NCBI RefSeq assembly: GCF_035084215.1
Contig: NC_090338.1
Location: 5,704,001-5,768,000, forward strand
Origin: Heptranchias perlo
Taxonomy: Eukaryota
DNA: 64,000 nucleotides
Direction: 5' to 3'
Numbering within the stretch: the first letter of the stretch is position 1; the number at the start of each line of letters is the position of its first letter. The position numbers were made by a program, and so were the translations under genes. This document shows positions 37,417 to 48,989 of the stretch, in pieces. Below the pieces are notes generated by a model. The model worked only from the letters and a program-made list of their open reading frames with translations. It did no database searches and was not told the DNA's origin.

Positions 37417-39825
37417 TCATACAATCATAGAAAGGTTACAGCACGGAAGGAGGCCGTTCGGCCCATCGGGTCCGTGCCTGCTCTATGCAAGAGCAATCCA
37501 GCTAGTCCCACTCCCCCGCCCTGTCCCCGTAGCTTTGAAAATGTTTTCCTTTCAAGTACTTATCCAGTTCCCTTTTGAAGACCATGATTGAATCTGCCTC
37601 CACCACCCCCTCGGGCAGTGCATTCCAGATCCTAACCACTCGCTGTGTTTAAAAAAAAAGTTTTTCCTCATGTCACCTTTGGTTCTTTTTCCAAGCACCT
37701 TAAATCGATGTCCTCTGGTTCTTGACCCTTCCGCCAATGAGAACAGTTTCTCTCTACTCTGTCTAGAACCTTCATGATTTTGAACACCTCTATCAAATCT
37801 CCTCGCAACCGCCTCTGTTCCGAGGAGAACAATCCCAGCTTCTCCAGTCTATCCAGGTAATTAAAGTCCCTCATCCCTGGAATCATTCTAGTAAATCTCT
37901 TCTGCACCCTCTCTAAGGCCTTCACATCTTTCCTAAAGTGTGGTGCCCTGAACTGGACACAATACTCCAGTTGTGGCCGAACCAGTGTTTTATAAAGGTT
38001 CATCATGACTTCCTTACTTTTGTACTCTATGCCTCTATTTGTAAAGCCCAGGATCCCGTATGCTTTTTAAACCGCTTTCTCAACCTGCCCTGCCACCAGG
38101 GGATAGAATATAAAAACAAGGAGGTATTGCTGCAGTTATATAAGGTATTGGTGAGACCGCACCTGGAATACTGCATACAGTTTTGGTCTCCATACTTAAG
38201 AAAAGACATACTTGCTCTCGAGGCAGTACAAAGAAGGTTCACTCGGTTAATCCCGGGGATGAGGGGGCGGACATATGAGGAGAGGTTGAGTAGATTGGGA
38301 CTCTACTCATTGGAGTTCAGAAGAATGAGAGGCGATCTTATTGAAACATATAAGATTGTGAAGGGTCTTGATCGGGTGGATGCAGTAAGGATGTTCCCAA
38401 AGATGGGTGAAACTAGAACTAGGGGGCATAATCTTAGAATAAGGGGCTGCTCTTTCAAAACTGAGATGAGGAGAAACTTCTTCACTCAGAGGGTGGTAGG
38501 TCTGTGGAATTTGCTGCCCCAGGAAGCTGTGGAAGCTACATCATTAGATAAATTTAAAACAGAAATAGACAGTTTCCTAGAAGTAAAGGGAATTAGGGGT
38601 TATGGGGAGCGGGCAGGAAATTGGACATGAAGCTGAGTTCGGATCGGTCAATGCCCTGTGGGTGGCGGAGAGGGCCCAGGGGCTATGTGGCCGGGTCCTG
38701 CTCCGACTTCTTGTGTTCTTTAGATTTGTGGTTGGGATCAGATCAGCCATGATCTTATTGAATGGCGGAGCAGGCTCGAGGGGCCGATTGGCCTACTCCT
38801 GCTCCAATTTCTTATGTTCTTATGTTCTTCAATGATCAGTGTACATATACCCCCAGATCTCTCTGTTCCTGTACCCCCTTTTAGAATTGTGCCCTTTAGT
38901 TTAGAATTGCCTCTCCTCGTTCTTCCTACCAAAATGTATCACCTCACATTTTTCTGCGTTAAATTTCATCTTCTACATGTCCGCCCATTCCACCAGCCTG
39001 TCTATATCCTCTTGAAGTTGATCACTATCCTCCTCACTGTTCACTACCCTTCCAGGTTTTGTGTCATCTGCAAATTTGGAAATTGTGCCCTGTACATCCA
39101 AGCCCAAGTCATAAATATATATCAAGAAAAGCAGTGGTCCCAGTACCTTCAATCTTGATGACAAGCCTATTATGCGGCACTTTATCAAACGCCTTTTGAA
39201 AGTCCATACACACATCATCAACCACATTGCCCTCATCTACCCTCTCTGTTACCTCATCAAAAAACTCTACAAGGTTAGTTAAACATAATTTGCCTTGAAC
39301 AAATCCCTGCTGGCTTTCCCCAATCAATCCACACTTGTCCAAATGACTGCTAATTCTGTCCCGGATTATCGTTTCTAAAAGTTTCTCCACCACTGAGGTT
39401 AAACTGACTGGCCTGTAGTTGCTGGGTTTATCCTTACACCCTTTTTTGAACAAGGATGTAACATTTACAATTCTCCAGTCCTCTGGCTCCACCCCCGTAT
39501 CTACGGATGTTTGGAAGATTATGACCAGTACCTCCACAATTTCCACCCTTACTTCCCTCAGCAACCTAGGATGCATCCCATCCAGACCGGGTGACTTATC
39601 TACTTTAAGTACAGCCAGCCTTTCTGGTACCTCCTCTTTATCAATTTTTAGCCCTTCTAGTATCTTAACTACATCTTCCTTTACTGAGACTCTGGCAGCA
39701 TCTTCATCCTTGGTAAAGGCAGATGCAAAGTACTCATTTAGTACCTCGGCCATGCCCTCTGTCTCCATGAGCAGATCTCCTTTTTGGTCCTTAATCAGCC
39801 CCACCCCTCCTCTTACTACCTGTGT
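37417..39825 (-). mobile_element. CR1(-) fragments with a nested CR1(+) at ~38095-38827
   Basis: ORFs 37668-38006(-), 37938-38630(+), 38973-39236(-) and 39109-39891(-). Confidence 0.85.
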
Positions 39826-40599
39826 ACTGTTTACATGCTTCTTAAATGTGTCATTATCACACTGCTGTTTGTGGGATCTTGCTGTGCGCAAATTGGCTGC
39901 CGCGTTTCCCTATCATTACAAAAGTACTTCAGTGGCTGTAAGGTGCTTTGGGACGTCCTGAGGTCGTGACAGGTGCTATAGAAATGCAAGTCTTTCTTTT
40001 CGGTTCCTGGTCTGTGCTGAGTTAGCTGATCTGAACCAGGGCAGAGTTTGAGTGCTACTATTGGCCTCTCTGCCCTCTTAGGTCAGAAAGATTCAGCCGG
40101 GGCTCCTACTTCTCCACCCTACCCTTCCAGGTGGTAAAGGGCAGCATTTGTCTACGCTACCAACCCCCATGGTCGAACAGCTTGCTGTCACCATTCAGCG
40201 CAATGTCACATTTGGCCTCCGGGGCCGCGGAGGAGGAGGAGGGGGGGGGGGTTAGAAAAACCAGCCAAGATCCCGGGATGTTCCCCTTCGCCCTCGAGTG
40301 ACTTCTGCCGGAGTGGAGTTGGGCTCGAGGGCAAATAGCTCATCAGAACTCACCGCCAAGGGTCACGCGTGCAAAACGGCCACTCGATCCGAGGTGGGAG
40401 GCGGTCGATATCCGCGGAATCGCCCCCCCCCAACATGGAGTCTACGTCCACAGACATCGAAAGAAGAACTTGCGTTTATATCCAAGTTTCACATCCTCAG
40501 TACGTCACAAAGTGGTTTGCAGCGAATAGTTTACTTTGTATGAACTGCAGTCACTGCTGTTTTACAAGAAAAGGTGACCGCCACAACAACAACAACAGC

Positions 40600-41410
40600 A
40601 ACAACAACCTGCATTTATATAGCGCCTTTAACATAGTAAAATATCCCCAAGTGCTTCACATGAGTGATTTTCAGTCATAATTTGACACCAAGCCACATTA
40701 GGACAGGTGACCAAAAGCTTGGTCAAAGAGGTAGGTTTTAAGGAGCATCTTAAAGGAGGAGAGAGAGGCGGAGAGGTTTAGGGAGGGAATTCCAGAGCTT
40801 AGGGCCCAGGCAGCTGAAGGCACGGCCGCCAATGGTGGAGCGATGAAAATTGGGGATGCGCAAGAGGCCAGAATCGGAGGAGCGCAGAGATCTCGGAGGG
40901 TTGCGGGGCTGGAGGAGGTTACAGAGATAGGGAGCGGGGCGAGGGCCATGGAGGGATTTGAACACGAGGATGAGAATTTTAAAATCGAGGCGTTCCCGGA
41001 CCGGGTGCCAATGTAGGTCAGCGAGCACAGGGAACGGGACTTAGTGCGAGTTAGGATACGAGGCGGCAGAGTTTTGGACGAGCTCAAGTTTTCGGAGGGT
41101 GGAAGATGGGAGGCCGGCCAGGTGAGCATTGGAATAGTCGAGTCTGGAGGTAACAAAGGCATGGATGAGGGTTTCAGCAGCAGACGAGCTGAGGCAGGGG
41201 GCGGGGACGGACGATGTTACAGAGGTGGAAGTAGGTGGTCTTGGTGATGAAGAGGATATGGGGTCGGAAACTCAGCTCAGCTTCAAATAGACGCCGAGGT
41301 TGCAAACAGTCTGGATCAGCCTGAGACAGTGGCCAGGGAGGGGGATAGAGTCGGTGGCCGGGGAACAGAGTTCATGGCGAGGACCGAAGACAATGGCTTT
41401 GATCTTCACA
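40600..41410 (-). mobile_element. L2-clade LINE 3' fragment
   Basis: LADLHWHPVRERLDFKILILVFKSLHG, typical of the L2 C-terminus. Confidence 0.85.
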
Positions 41411-41863
41411 ATATTTATATGCTACCTTACTGTATCAAGATATTTCAGAGCACTTTACACTTCAACTACTTTTTCAGAGTGATGATACATGAGTAAACAA
41501 GCTGCAGAATGTGTTCGATCACTCTCCGTCACCTGATTCTACAAAAAACACAATCTCATCCAGAGACCTTTCCCCGGCAACTGATGATTTGCACAACAGC
41601 CAACCAGGGTTTCCCGTTCGGGGTTCGTGTGTCCAGGATTTGGTGATGGTGCCATCTGGCCGCAGCCGGCAGCACTGCCGGTGGAGTCAGAACACACAGA
41701 AGCTGATTTCTTTTCAAAGTGTAAATGTTTCCTGAATGTGGGCATCTGCAAATGTTTTATATGTGTGTGTGTGTAAAATAGGGCACTTTTCCAATCAGCT
41801 GTAACTGCAGTTTCTGTCACATCATCTGCCTCATCTATATTCCAGCACTGCGTGTGTATATAA

Positions 41864-42071
41864 ATTGTAAACAATTTTACAACACCAAGTTATAGTCCAA
41901 CAAATTTATTTTAAATTCCACAAGCTTTCGGAGGCTTCCTCCTTCCACACCGTTCACCTGACGAAGGAGGAAGCCTCTGAAAGCTTGTGGAATTTAAAAT
42001 AAATTTGTTGGACTATAACTTGGTGTTGTAAAATTGTTTACAATTGTCAACCCCAGTCCATCTCCACATCA
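41864..42071. mobile_element. Palindromic Penelope-type insertion with minimal hammerhead motif (~41955-41989, plus)
   Basis: Inverted arms; TSD tgtgtatataa (41853-41863 / 42072-42082); CTGACGA...GAAAGCTT core. Confidence 0.78.
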
Positions 42072-45000
42072 TGTGTATATAAAGTGCACCAGCGTCCTCT
42101 ACTGATCACTGTCACTAATTGCAGTGCACAATTACCGTAAAATCTAGACCATGGCACGCACATTCATATATAAAGCAGCCACTCACTCTCATAGTGGTGT
42201 TGCATGACTCCAAGGGCAAATACACCGTAGGATATGGTACTGAGCCAGTGGGTTATAGGGTTAATCCTTAATTATAGAATCTTACAGCACAGAAGGAGGC
42301 CATTTGGCCCATCGTGCCTGTGCTCAATCCAATTAGTCCCACCGTCCTCCCCCACCCCCACTCTTTCTCCAAAGCCCTGCTCATTTCTCCTTTTCAAGTA
42401 TGGATCCAGGTATAATCTGTGCTGAATTATCTTAATTCAGTCACGGAATCATCGAATTTATTGCACAGAATAATTTGGATTTATATAGCGTCTTTAATCT
42501 TGAATAACATCCCAAGGTGCTTCACAGAAGCGTAATCAAGACAAAAACTGACGCCAAGCCAAAGGAGGAGATATTAGGAAGGGTGTCCAAAAGCTGGGTC
42601 AAAGAGATGGATTTTCAGGAGGAGAGAGTTGGAGGGGTTTAGGGAGGGAATTCCAGAGCTTAGGGCCGAGACACTTGAAGGCACGGCCGCCAATGGTAGG
42701 AGGAAGAAAGAGAGGGGGTGTGCAAGAGGTCAGAGTCGGAGGTGTAAGAGAGTTCGGGGAGGGGGTTGTAGGCGATGAGTCAGAAGACTTGGCTTATCGG
42801 GCCACTGCCAGTCAATGGAGAGTAAAATCGGGGGCATAAAACCGTCAGCCGACTCCATCTCATCAGTTTCCTGCCGGGTGGGTTAGGGTAAAGTTACCCC
42901 CTTAGAATCCATAATTTGAGATAAAATTAGAAAAGCACGGGTTAATCAAGGGCAGGCAACATGGGCTGTTAAAAACAAGTTGGCAAATTTTGGCGGGTTT
43001 ATTTTGGAAGTGACTGGTTGGATGAAAGGAATGTGGTAGATTTCGAGCCGATGGATTTGCAGAGGACATTTGATAAAGTGCCTTCTCCAAGAGTCTTGAT
43101 ACAAAAATCCAGGCATACGGTACAGTCCCCACCGCTTATTGAGGGCATGTTGGTGTCAACGCGTTTTGCCCGCTATATGCGGTATAACTAAAACATTTTA
43201 CAGATTTGGGGCTCAATAAACCGGCAAGAAGGACTCGCAGTAATCGCAGGTGTTCAGGGGAGGGGGTGACTGAAGGCTGCACTTTCCAATCTTGTAGTTG
43301 TTAACAGGCCCAACAGCTGACAGTGAATTCGGGAAGCTTCAATCAGCTGTTTGCACCGTTAACAGAGTCAGAAGGTCATGGGTTCGAGCCCCACTCCAGA
43401 GACTTGAGCCCATAATCCAGGCTGACACTCCCAGTTCCAGAACTGAGGGAGTGCGACACTGTCAGAGGTGCTGTCTTTCGGATGAGACGTTAAATCGAGG
43501 CCCCCTCTGCCCTCTCAGGTGGACGTAAAAGATCCCGTGACTAGTATTTCGAAGAGTTCTCCCTGGTGTCCTGGGCTAATATTTATCCCTCAACCGACAT
43601 CACTAAAACAAATGATCTGGTCATTATCACGTTAGTTTGTGGGACCTTGCTGTGCACAAATTGGCTATCACTTTTCCTACATTACAACAGTGACTACACT
43701 TCAAAAGTATTTCATTGGCTGTAAAGCACTTTGGGACTTCCTGCAGCTGTGAAAGGCGCTATATAAAAGCAAGTTCTTTCCATTAACTACAACAGGTAGT
43801 AGAGACTTCAGGCAGCTTCAACCTGCTGATACGTTTAATGCAAGATCAGTTTAACCTCTATTACAATGTCTTGGTTCTATTTGTGTCTCAAAGTTGACTG
43901 GATGCCATAAGAAAAAATTGTTTTAAAAAGTTAGTAAGTACTGAGCTGTGTGAAATAGCCAGCTTGCTGCTTACAGTGTAAGTTGTGCCTTCGTAATTGA
44001 CGTCTTATGGTGATAACAAATGGTTTAGCGCCATTTGCCCGATCTAGGCGGGTGTCCATGACGGTGTAAGTGATGGGGACAGCATACGAGGAAATATAGC
44101 AGCATGGGTAGAGAGTTGGTTCATGACCAAGAGTTAGGATAAATGGGTGCTGCTCGGATTGGAAGTGCTTTGGCCTGGGGTCAGTGCTTTTGTTCTTGTT
44201 CTAAGTGTACGAGTATAGGATTTTGAAATCTGCCATTGACACAAAAGCAGTTTTAACTAATAAAGAGGACTGTGATGGACTGAGGAGAACGTCGGCAGAT
44301 TCATCGAAAGTGGCAAATGCAATTTAAAGTGAAACGGTGTGAAGTGACTGGGCATTATTTCCACAAGCGTGGGTCTTCAGTTGCAATCTAACTTTAGAGG
44401 AAACCATTGTTAGATGGTGAGATTTGAGATACTGTGACTATTTCCACTAGAGCAGATATTTAAAAGTTTTTTTTAAAAATGATAAAAGGTTTGATAGCAT
44501 GAACTGTGAAAGACTATTTCCTCATCAGTGACGAGGTTATCAATTTAAAATTATCACTATAGAACCATAGAGCATAGAAGGGTAGGCCATTCAGCCCATC
44601 ATGCCTGTGCCAGCTCTTTGAAAGAGCTATCCACAAAAGACCAGTTAAGCAGTTTTTGGTAGTTGGTCGAGGGAGGAATGGTGGCCAGGACGCAGAACTC
44701 TGGTCTTTAAATAGTGCCATGGCATCGTAACATCGACCTCAGCCACTCATGAGGCCTCTCAGTTTGACCACCTCCATCAATGCAGCACCTGCTGTCAGTT
44801 CTGTTTAAGAGCCTGAACCTTTTGAATCAGATGAGAATGCTGAGACAAGCTAACACATTTACTTCGATCAAATTGAATTACACAGAATCTAATCACCCAG
44901 GATTAATACATAAAACACACCGCAAAACGGAATGTAAACCATCAGTAGGGTTACTAAGACTTTGCCCCAAGAAACTCATGTCTTCAGTGTCACTATTACC

Positions 45001-46047
45001 AATTATTCTAACGTGATAAATAAGACGAGACCATTCAGCCCCTTCTGACATTCAATTAGATCACAGCTGATCTGTACCACATTTATTCACCTTTGCTCCA
45101 TATCCCTCAACATCCTTACCCAACAAAAATCCATCTGCCTTGAAAACTCTAATTGAACCCCCAACCTTTTGGGGTGGGGGAGAAGAGTTGCAGATTGTGA
45201 GATAAAATGGTTCCTGATTTTGCTCCTGAACGGCCTGGCTCTAATTTTAAGAGCTTGTTTTGCATTTTTCCATCAAATCCCTTTATCATTTTTAATATCT
45301 CGATTACATCACCCCTCAACCAACTGAAAGAGCCAGACAACGAGACAAGGCTCACAGTGGAGGACAATACAAAGAGGAATGATTAAGTAAATCAAGTAAT
45401 GCTTAGCTGACACTAAACTAAGTTTCTGCAGCTTGCAGATGGTAAGTGGAAGGGAAGATTGAGGGAGGTGGAATCCCATAGCTTTGAAGTCCCCGGGAAT
45501 AAATTTGTTAAGAGTAGATGGCAGGATGAGTCTGGATTTCAAAGTGAAGATGAAAAACATGTATATTTGGGACTTGGTCAATGACTATACAGTAATAAAC
45601 TTGCATTTCTATAGCACCTTTTACGACCTCAGGATGTCCCAAAGTGCTTTACAGCCAACAAAGTGCTTTGGAAGTGTGCTCACTGTTGTAATTTGGCGAA
45701 ACACCAATTCGCAAACAGCAGTGAGATAATGACCAGATAATCTGTTTTAGTGATGTTGGTTGAGGGAAAAATATTGGCCCAGGACAATGGGGTGAGCTCC
45801 CCTGCTCCTCTTCGAATAGTGGCCGTGGGACCTTTTACATCCACCTGACAGGGCCTCGGTTTAATGTCTCATCTGAAAGGAAGCAGCTCCGACGGTGCAG
45901 CACTCCCTCCATGTTCTAAGCAGGGTCAGATCAACCCCAAATCCTAGGCTATTTGGATTTCCAGGTGCCAAACAGGATACACTAATGGATAGCTCTTCAC
46001 AATGAGGGAAATGAAAATAAACACAATCTGCTGATCAGTAGAACTCT

Positions 46048-46053
46048 TTTATT
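46048..46053 (-). terminator. RPS14 polyadenylation signal AATAAA
   Basis: tttatt on the plus strand, 27 nt after the stop codon. Confidence 0.85.
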
Positions 46054-46080
46054 AGTTACACTGATATGTACAGAAAACGT

Positions 46081-46148
46081 TTACAAACGGCGACCTCTGC
46101 GACCTCCCTTTCTGCGAGTGCTGTCCGACGGAATGGGAGTGACGTCCT
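46081..46148 (-). CDS. RPS14: RPS14 exon 5 (final coding exon)
   Basis: tgacag|AG GAC...TTG TAA; 68 nt. Reads [22 protein letters not shown]. The four exons sum to 456 nt = 151 aa plus stop. Confidence 0.99.
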
Positions 46149-47833
46149 CTGTCAGGGATACAAAAAAAGAGATAATCAACGAAACAGCAGGAAACCCGGC
46201 ACCGCGCAGGGCAAAAAGAGCACAGCGAGTACCAGTGACGCACAAGTACCCGGGAACACCAACACAGATAGGCCGTTCAACCCATCTATTCCTTCCCACC
46301 CTTTTGTTACCCCCCCCCCCCCACAATACCCTGTTCTATTTCCATACCCCTTAATCCTCTTCTTTCTCCAAGTATTCTCGTCCATTTTAAACACCTCAAT
46401 TTTCTTCCTCCTGGAGTAGAGTTTACAACCCCGTGTGTGAAGAGGTTTTTGTCTGGATTTGCTTTGAAACGGTTCAGCTTGAATTCTAAGATTACGTCTC
46501 CTCGCACTGGATTTCCCCCCACCAGAGGGAAGAGTTGATCCCTCCCAACTCCTGTCGATCCCCTTTATTATTTTAAACAACTCCATCAGATCACCCCTTC
46601 TTCTGAAATCAATACGGGTTTATTTAGTCTCTCAAAGCTCAGTTTCCTTCATCCCAATTATCACCCTGACTTTCTCCAAGGTCGGTAAATCCTTCCTACG
46701 GCAGGGGACTCTAAATTAAACACAATATTCCATATGAGGCCCGATTAATGCTCTGTATAATTGCAGTAATACTTTCTTGCTTTTAAATCCTGTAGCTTGG
46801 GATGGAGCCAGATTCCAACAGCCCTTTTCAAGCCTGTAAGTTACTGAACCCCGAGCCCCATCTGCACCTGCTGGTGTTTCCCCACGTAGACAGTGCTCCC
46901 ACCTCCAGAGTGAAACACTGCTGAATGACTACTGCCCTCTTTACTGGGTCTGAGCCCAGATGTGACTCCAGTTCCACACCAACGTGATCTGAATCTTAAC
47001 TGCCTTCTGAAGTGGCCTAGCAAGACACTCAGCCACACGAAACAGAAGGCAGCAGCCCATCTCAGGGCAACTAGGGATGGGCAATAAACGCCAGCTTTTC
47101 ATCCCTCGAGTGACTGGGGAAAAAAAAGTATTTCTGGTGTTGTTGGCCAGGCCGGCATTTATTGCCCATCCCTAGTTGCACTGAGGTGGTGGTGATGGGC
47201 CGCCTTCTCGAACCGCTGTGGTCCTTGTGGCGATCGTACCCCCACAATCTGTTAGGGAGGGAATTCCAGGATACTGACCCAGTGATAGGAAGGAGTGACT
47301 ATATACGTCCTGGTTACGATGGTCTGTGACTTGCGAGGTGATGATGTTCCCATAACATTGCCACTCTCGTCCCTCTCTCTGGTCGAGGAGGACGGTGTAC
47401 TGTTGGAGCAATCTCGGCGAGTCGCTGAGTAAGTGCCAAACAGAGGCACGAAAGTCCTCAGGTACAATCCCCCCACCCCAGGCAAGGAGAACCTCCTAAC
47501 TCAGCATACTGGGAACCAAGTGCAGGGCAGGTAATCATAATAGGTACAGCACAGGAGGCAGCCATTTGGCCCATCGTGCCTGTGAGAACTATCCAATTAG
47601 TCCCTTTCCCTATAGCCCTGCAAATGTTTTTCCCTTTTAAGTATTTATCCAATTCCATTTTGAAAGTTATTATTAAATCTGCTTCCACCGACCTTTCAGG
47701 CAGCGCATTCCAGATCACAACTCACCACGTTAAAAAAAAATCACACACAGGCCATCCCCACTCCTGGACTCGACGCATACAGCCCCATTCCACAGAATCA
47801 TTCTAAACAGTTTGTACGTGAACATTTTAACAG

Positions 47834-47961
47834 GTTTGTACGTGACCAAGCGTCCCTGTCAGCCGTGGGTGCTAGACTGACAGGGATAGTATGAAACGTG
47901 TTCCTTTCTGCAGGGGGAACGACATCAGCAGCACCGAGCGGCCGCGATGTAACTACCTGCA
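47834..47961 (-). ncRNA. H/ACA snoRNA, SNORA63/E3-like, copy in RPS14 intron 4
   Basis: Same architecture; near-perfect upper stem CCCTGTCAGTC/GGCTGACAGGG. Confidence 0.9.
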
Positions 47962-48051
47962 CTCTCTGGAGTGCTTTAGAAGCACACCAGTGCACCATAG
48001 GCTTTACGTTCTACCAGTAAAACATTCAACGACAAAAGGAAAAAGTCTCAC

Positions 48052-48128
48052 CGATCCGGCCGATTTTCATCCCAGATCGAGCCAGGGCCCTCAGTGCCGA
48101 CTGTGCTCCGGGCCCGGGGGTTTTGGTC
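48052..48128 (-). CDS. RPS14: RPS14 exon 4
   Basis: ttccag|G ACC AAA...ATC G|gtgaga; 77 nt. Reads [25 protein letters not shown]. Confidence 0.98.
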
Positions 48129-48989
48129 CTGGAAAGAAAAATTTAACAATGCTCCAGTTATTCACATGGCAAAACGATTCACCATCTGATGGCTTACACA
48201 AGAGCGGGAATGTCCAAATGGCAGCCCCGCAGGGGAACTCAGTCCTACACATGCTTGCATTTCTCACTGCCAGGTTTGCTGTGTTTGAAAATGGCTGTCT
48301 TTGGCACTGTCACCTCATTTAGGGGAATCCTAAATCAGAACTCCCCTGGGCTGTAACTCCGATCCAAATCCTGCATCTCCTTTTTGAAGGTGTTTATGAT
48401 TTATACAGTGCCCTTCACGACATCTCGAAGAGCTTTACAGCAATGAAGTACTTTCAAAGTGTAGTTACTCACTCCCTCAGTAACTGCACCAGGAGTGTCA
48501 GCTTAGATTTTGTGCTATGGAGAGGGACTTGAGAATCTCACACACAAAGTTACTGCAAATTTTTTTCTGTCCACTTCCATTTCTACTGGAGAAAATGGAA
48601 CTGAGGAAAGCTCCGCACCACTCCACTTCTGAAATCAGTGACACTCTACAAACTATCTGGGACCCACAGTAGTGCTAATGAGAAGCCAGGAGTTGCACGT
48701 ATTCCTGGAGGTTTGATCGCGTAATGCAATAGCTTCATGGACAATTAACGCGCAAGGTATTACACCAGTAAATTGTATTCCCGGTAAGTCCATCTCAAAG
48801 CTCTGGCGGCAAACCCCTTGTCTGATCATCTACCATAGCCATGGCCCAATGGGTAGCACTCTCTCACCTCGGAGTCAGAAGGATGTGGGTTCAAGTCCCA
48901 CCCCAGAGACTTGAGCACAAAGCCGAGGCTGACAGTTCCCAGTCCAGTACTGAGAGGGTGCTGCACTATCAGAGGTGCTGTCTTTCAGA

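Noticed and set aside
41539-41874. Similar ORFs at 41539-41874 and 51766-52083 suggesting a duplicated coding exon
   Set aside because: Frames shift between copies and there are no consistent splice sites; the similarity comes from the non-coding five-copy repeat.
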